Shown here: positions 63,210 through 64,000 of the stretch, in pieces
How positions within the stretch are numbered: the first letter of the stretch is position 1
How the letters are laid out: each line of letters begins with the position of its first letter
Program-made: the position numbers and the translations under genes
Notes under the pieces: generated by a model
The model's database searches: none
Seen by the model: only the letters and a program-made list of their open reading frames with translations
Told to the model about the DNA's origin: nothing
Origin: Vicugna vicugna
Lineage: Eukaryota
Direction: 5' to 3'
DNA: 64,000 nucleotides
Assembly: GCA_013265495.1 (NCBI GenBank)
Contig: MU057744.1
Span: forward strand, 870,001 to 934,000

Positions 63210-63565
63210 TCATTTTTTAATAGACTTTCTTTTTTAAGAGTAGTTTTAGGTTCACAGCAAAACGGAGCAGAAAATAGAGCTCCCGTGTACCCATGCCCCC
63301 TCCAAGCACAGCCTCGCCCCCTTTCAGCATCCCTCACCAGAATGGGCCATGTGTTACCGTCAATGAACAGACACTGAACTGACACATCGTCATCACCCAA
63401 AGTTCACCGTTGATCTTACAGTTCACTCGTGGTGTTCTACACACTATGCTTCTTGACAAATGTGTGCTGATGTGTACCCACCATAACAGCATCTTACACA
63501 TAGCCTCTCTGCCCTTAAAATCCCCTGTGCTTCACCTCGTCATTCCTCTCTCTCCAGGGAAATCA
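63210..63565 (-). mobile_element. L1 3'UTR fragment (L1M-type)
   Basis: ttttttaatagacttt...gttttaggttcacagcaaaa...catcgtcatcacccaaagttcac. Confidence 0.7.
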
Positions 63566-64000
63566 TATTTTAATAAACTTGCTATGCTGAGGTTTACGTC
63601 ACAAATGGAAAAGTCTGTGTCGGTGGAAATTAATTCCAACCATGTAGATTAAAACAAAAATGAAACATCAAGTTTGCTAACCTGAAATGATTTCTCTTAC
63701 TCCCATCTGCATTATGAGCTCTAAAGAGAAAAATTGTGTCCAATTGTCTTATTAAAAATGAATGATTAGGAATGCAGTCTTCTGATCAAAGTTATGAGCC
63801 AGGAGGGTGGAATTTTAAATTCTGCAGCAAACCGGTTACCTTGAGCTAAGTCAAAGGCAAGAAAAATGTCTGCCGCACTGTCAAGGTCAGGGAAGAAAAT
63901 TAAGCTGCCTTCCTCGACAGTTTTGGGCTGGCACCCACCAGCTCAGACTCCCCACAGCATTTCGTGCCCTCACCTATGAAGTGACTCGTGCTTCCGGCCA

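Noticed and set aside
1..64000. CRISPR arrays, operons or other prokaryotic systems
   Set aside because: The sequence is clearly mammalian (spliceosomal introns, L1/L2/MIR) and has no regularly spaced repeat-spacer array.

Overview
Mammalian genomic DNA, most likely a camelid (inferred from several copies of a tRNA-derived SINE resembling the camelid Vic-1 family). The window holds two convergent genes. On + are the last two coding exons and 3'UTR of GPR137B (2268-2392, 4208-4319). On - is the complete 16-exon ERO1B (ER oxidoreductin 1 beta) gene: ATG at 56481, stop at 14612-14614, 1404 nt spliced CDS = 467 aa + stop, all introns GT-AG with consistent phases, catalytic and regulatory cysteines intact. 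The ERO1B promoter is a CpG island with a perfect ERSE (CCAAT-N9-CCACG), a ZNF143/THAP11-type motif and GC boxes. The rest is intron or intergenic sequence with L1, L2, MIR, LTR and DNA-transposon relics; their subfamily names and boundaries are approximate recognitions from memory. Almost all ORFs in the supplied track are spurious. I found no convincing new gene system. The best leads are regulatory or evolutionary: sharply localised GC/CpG-rich patches that reach into ERO1B exons 4 and 7, two frame-preserving microexons inside the Cys207-Cys240 loop, a G-quadruplex-prone 125-nt intron, a candidate uORF, a triple miR-183 seed cluster behind an alternative polyA site, and no canonical polyA hexamer for GPR137B until a Tigger MITE.
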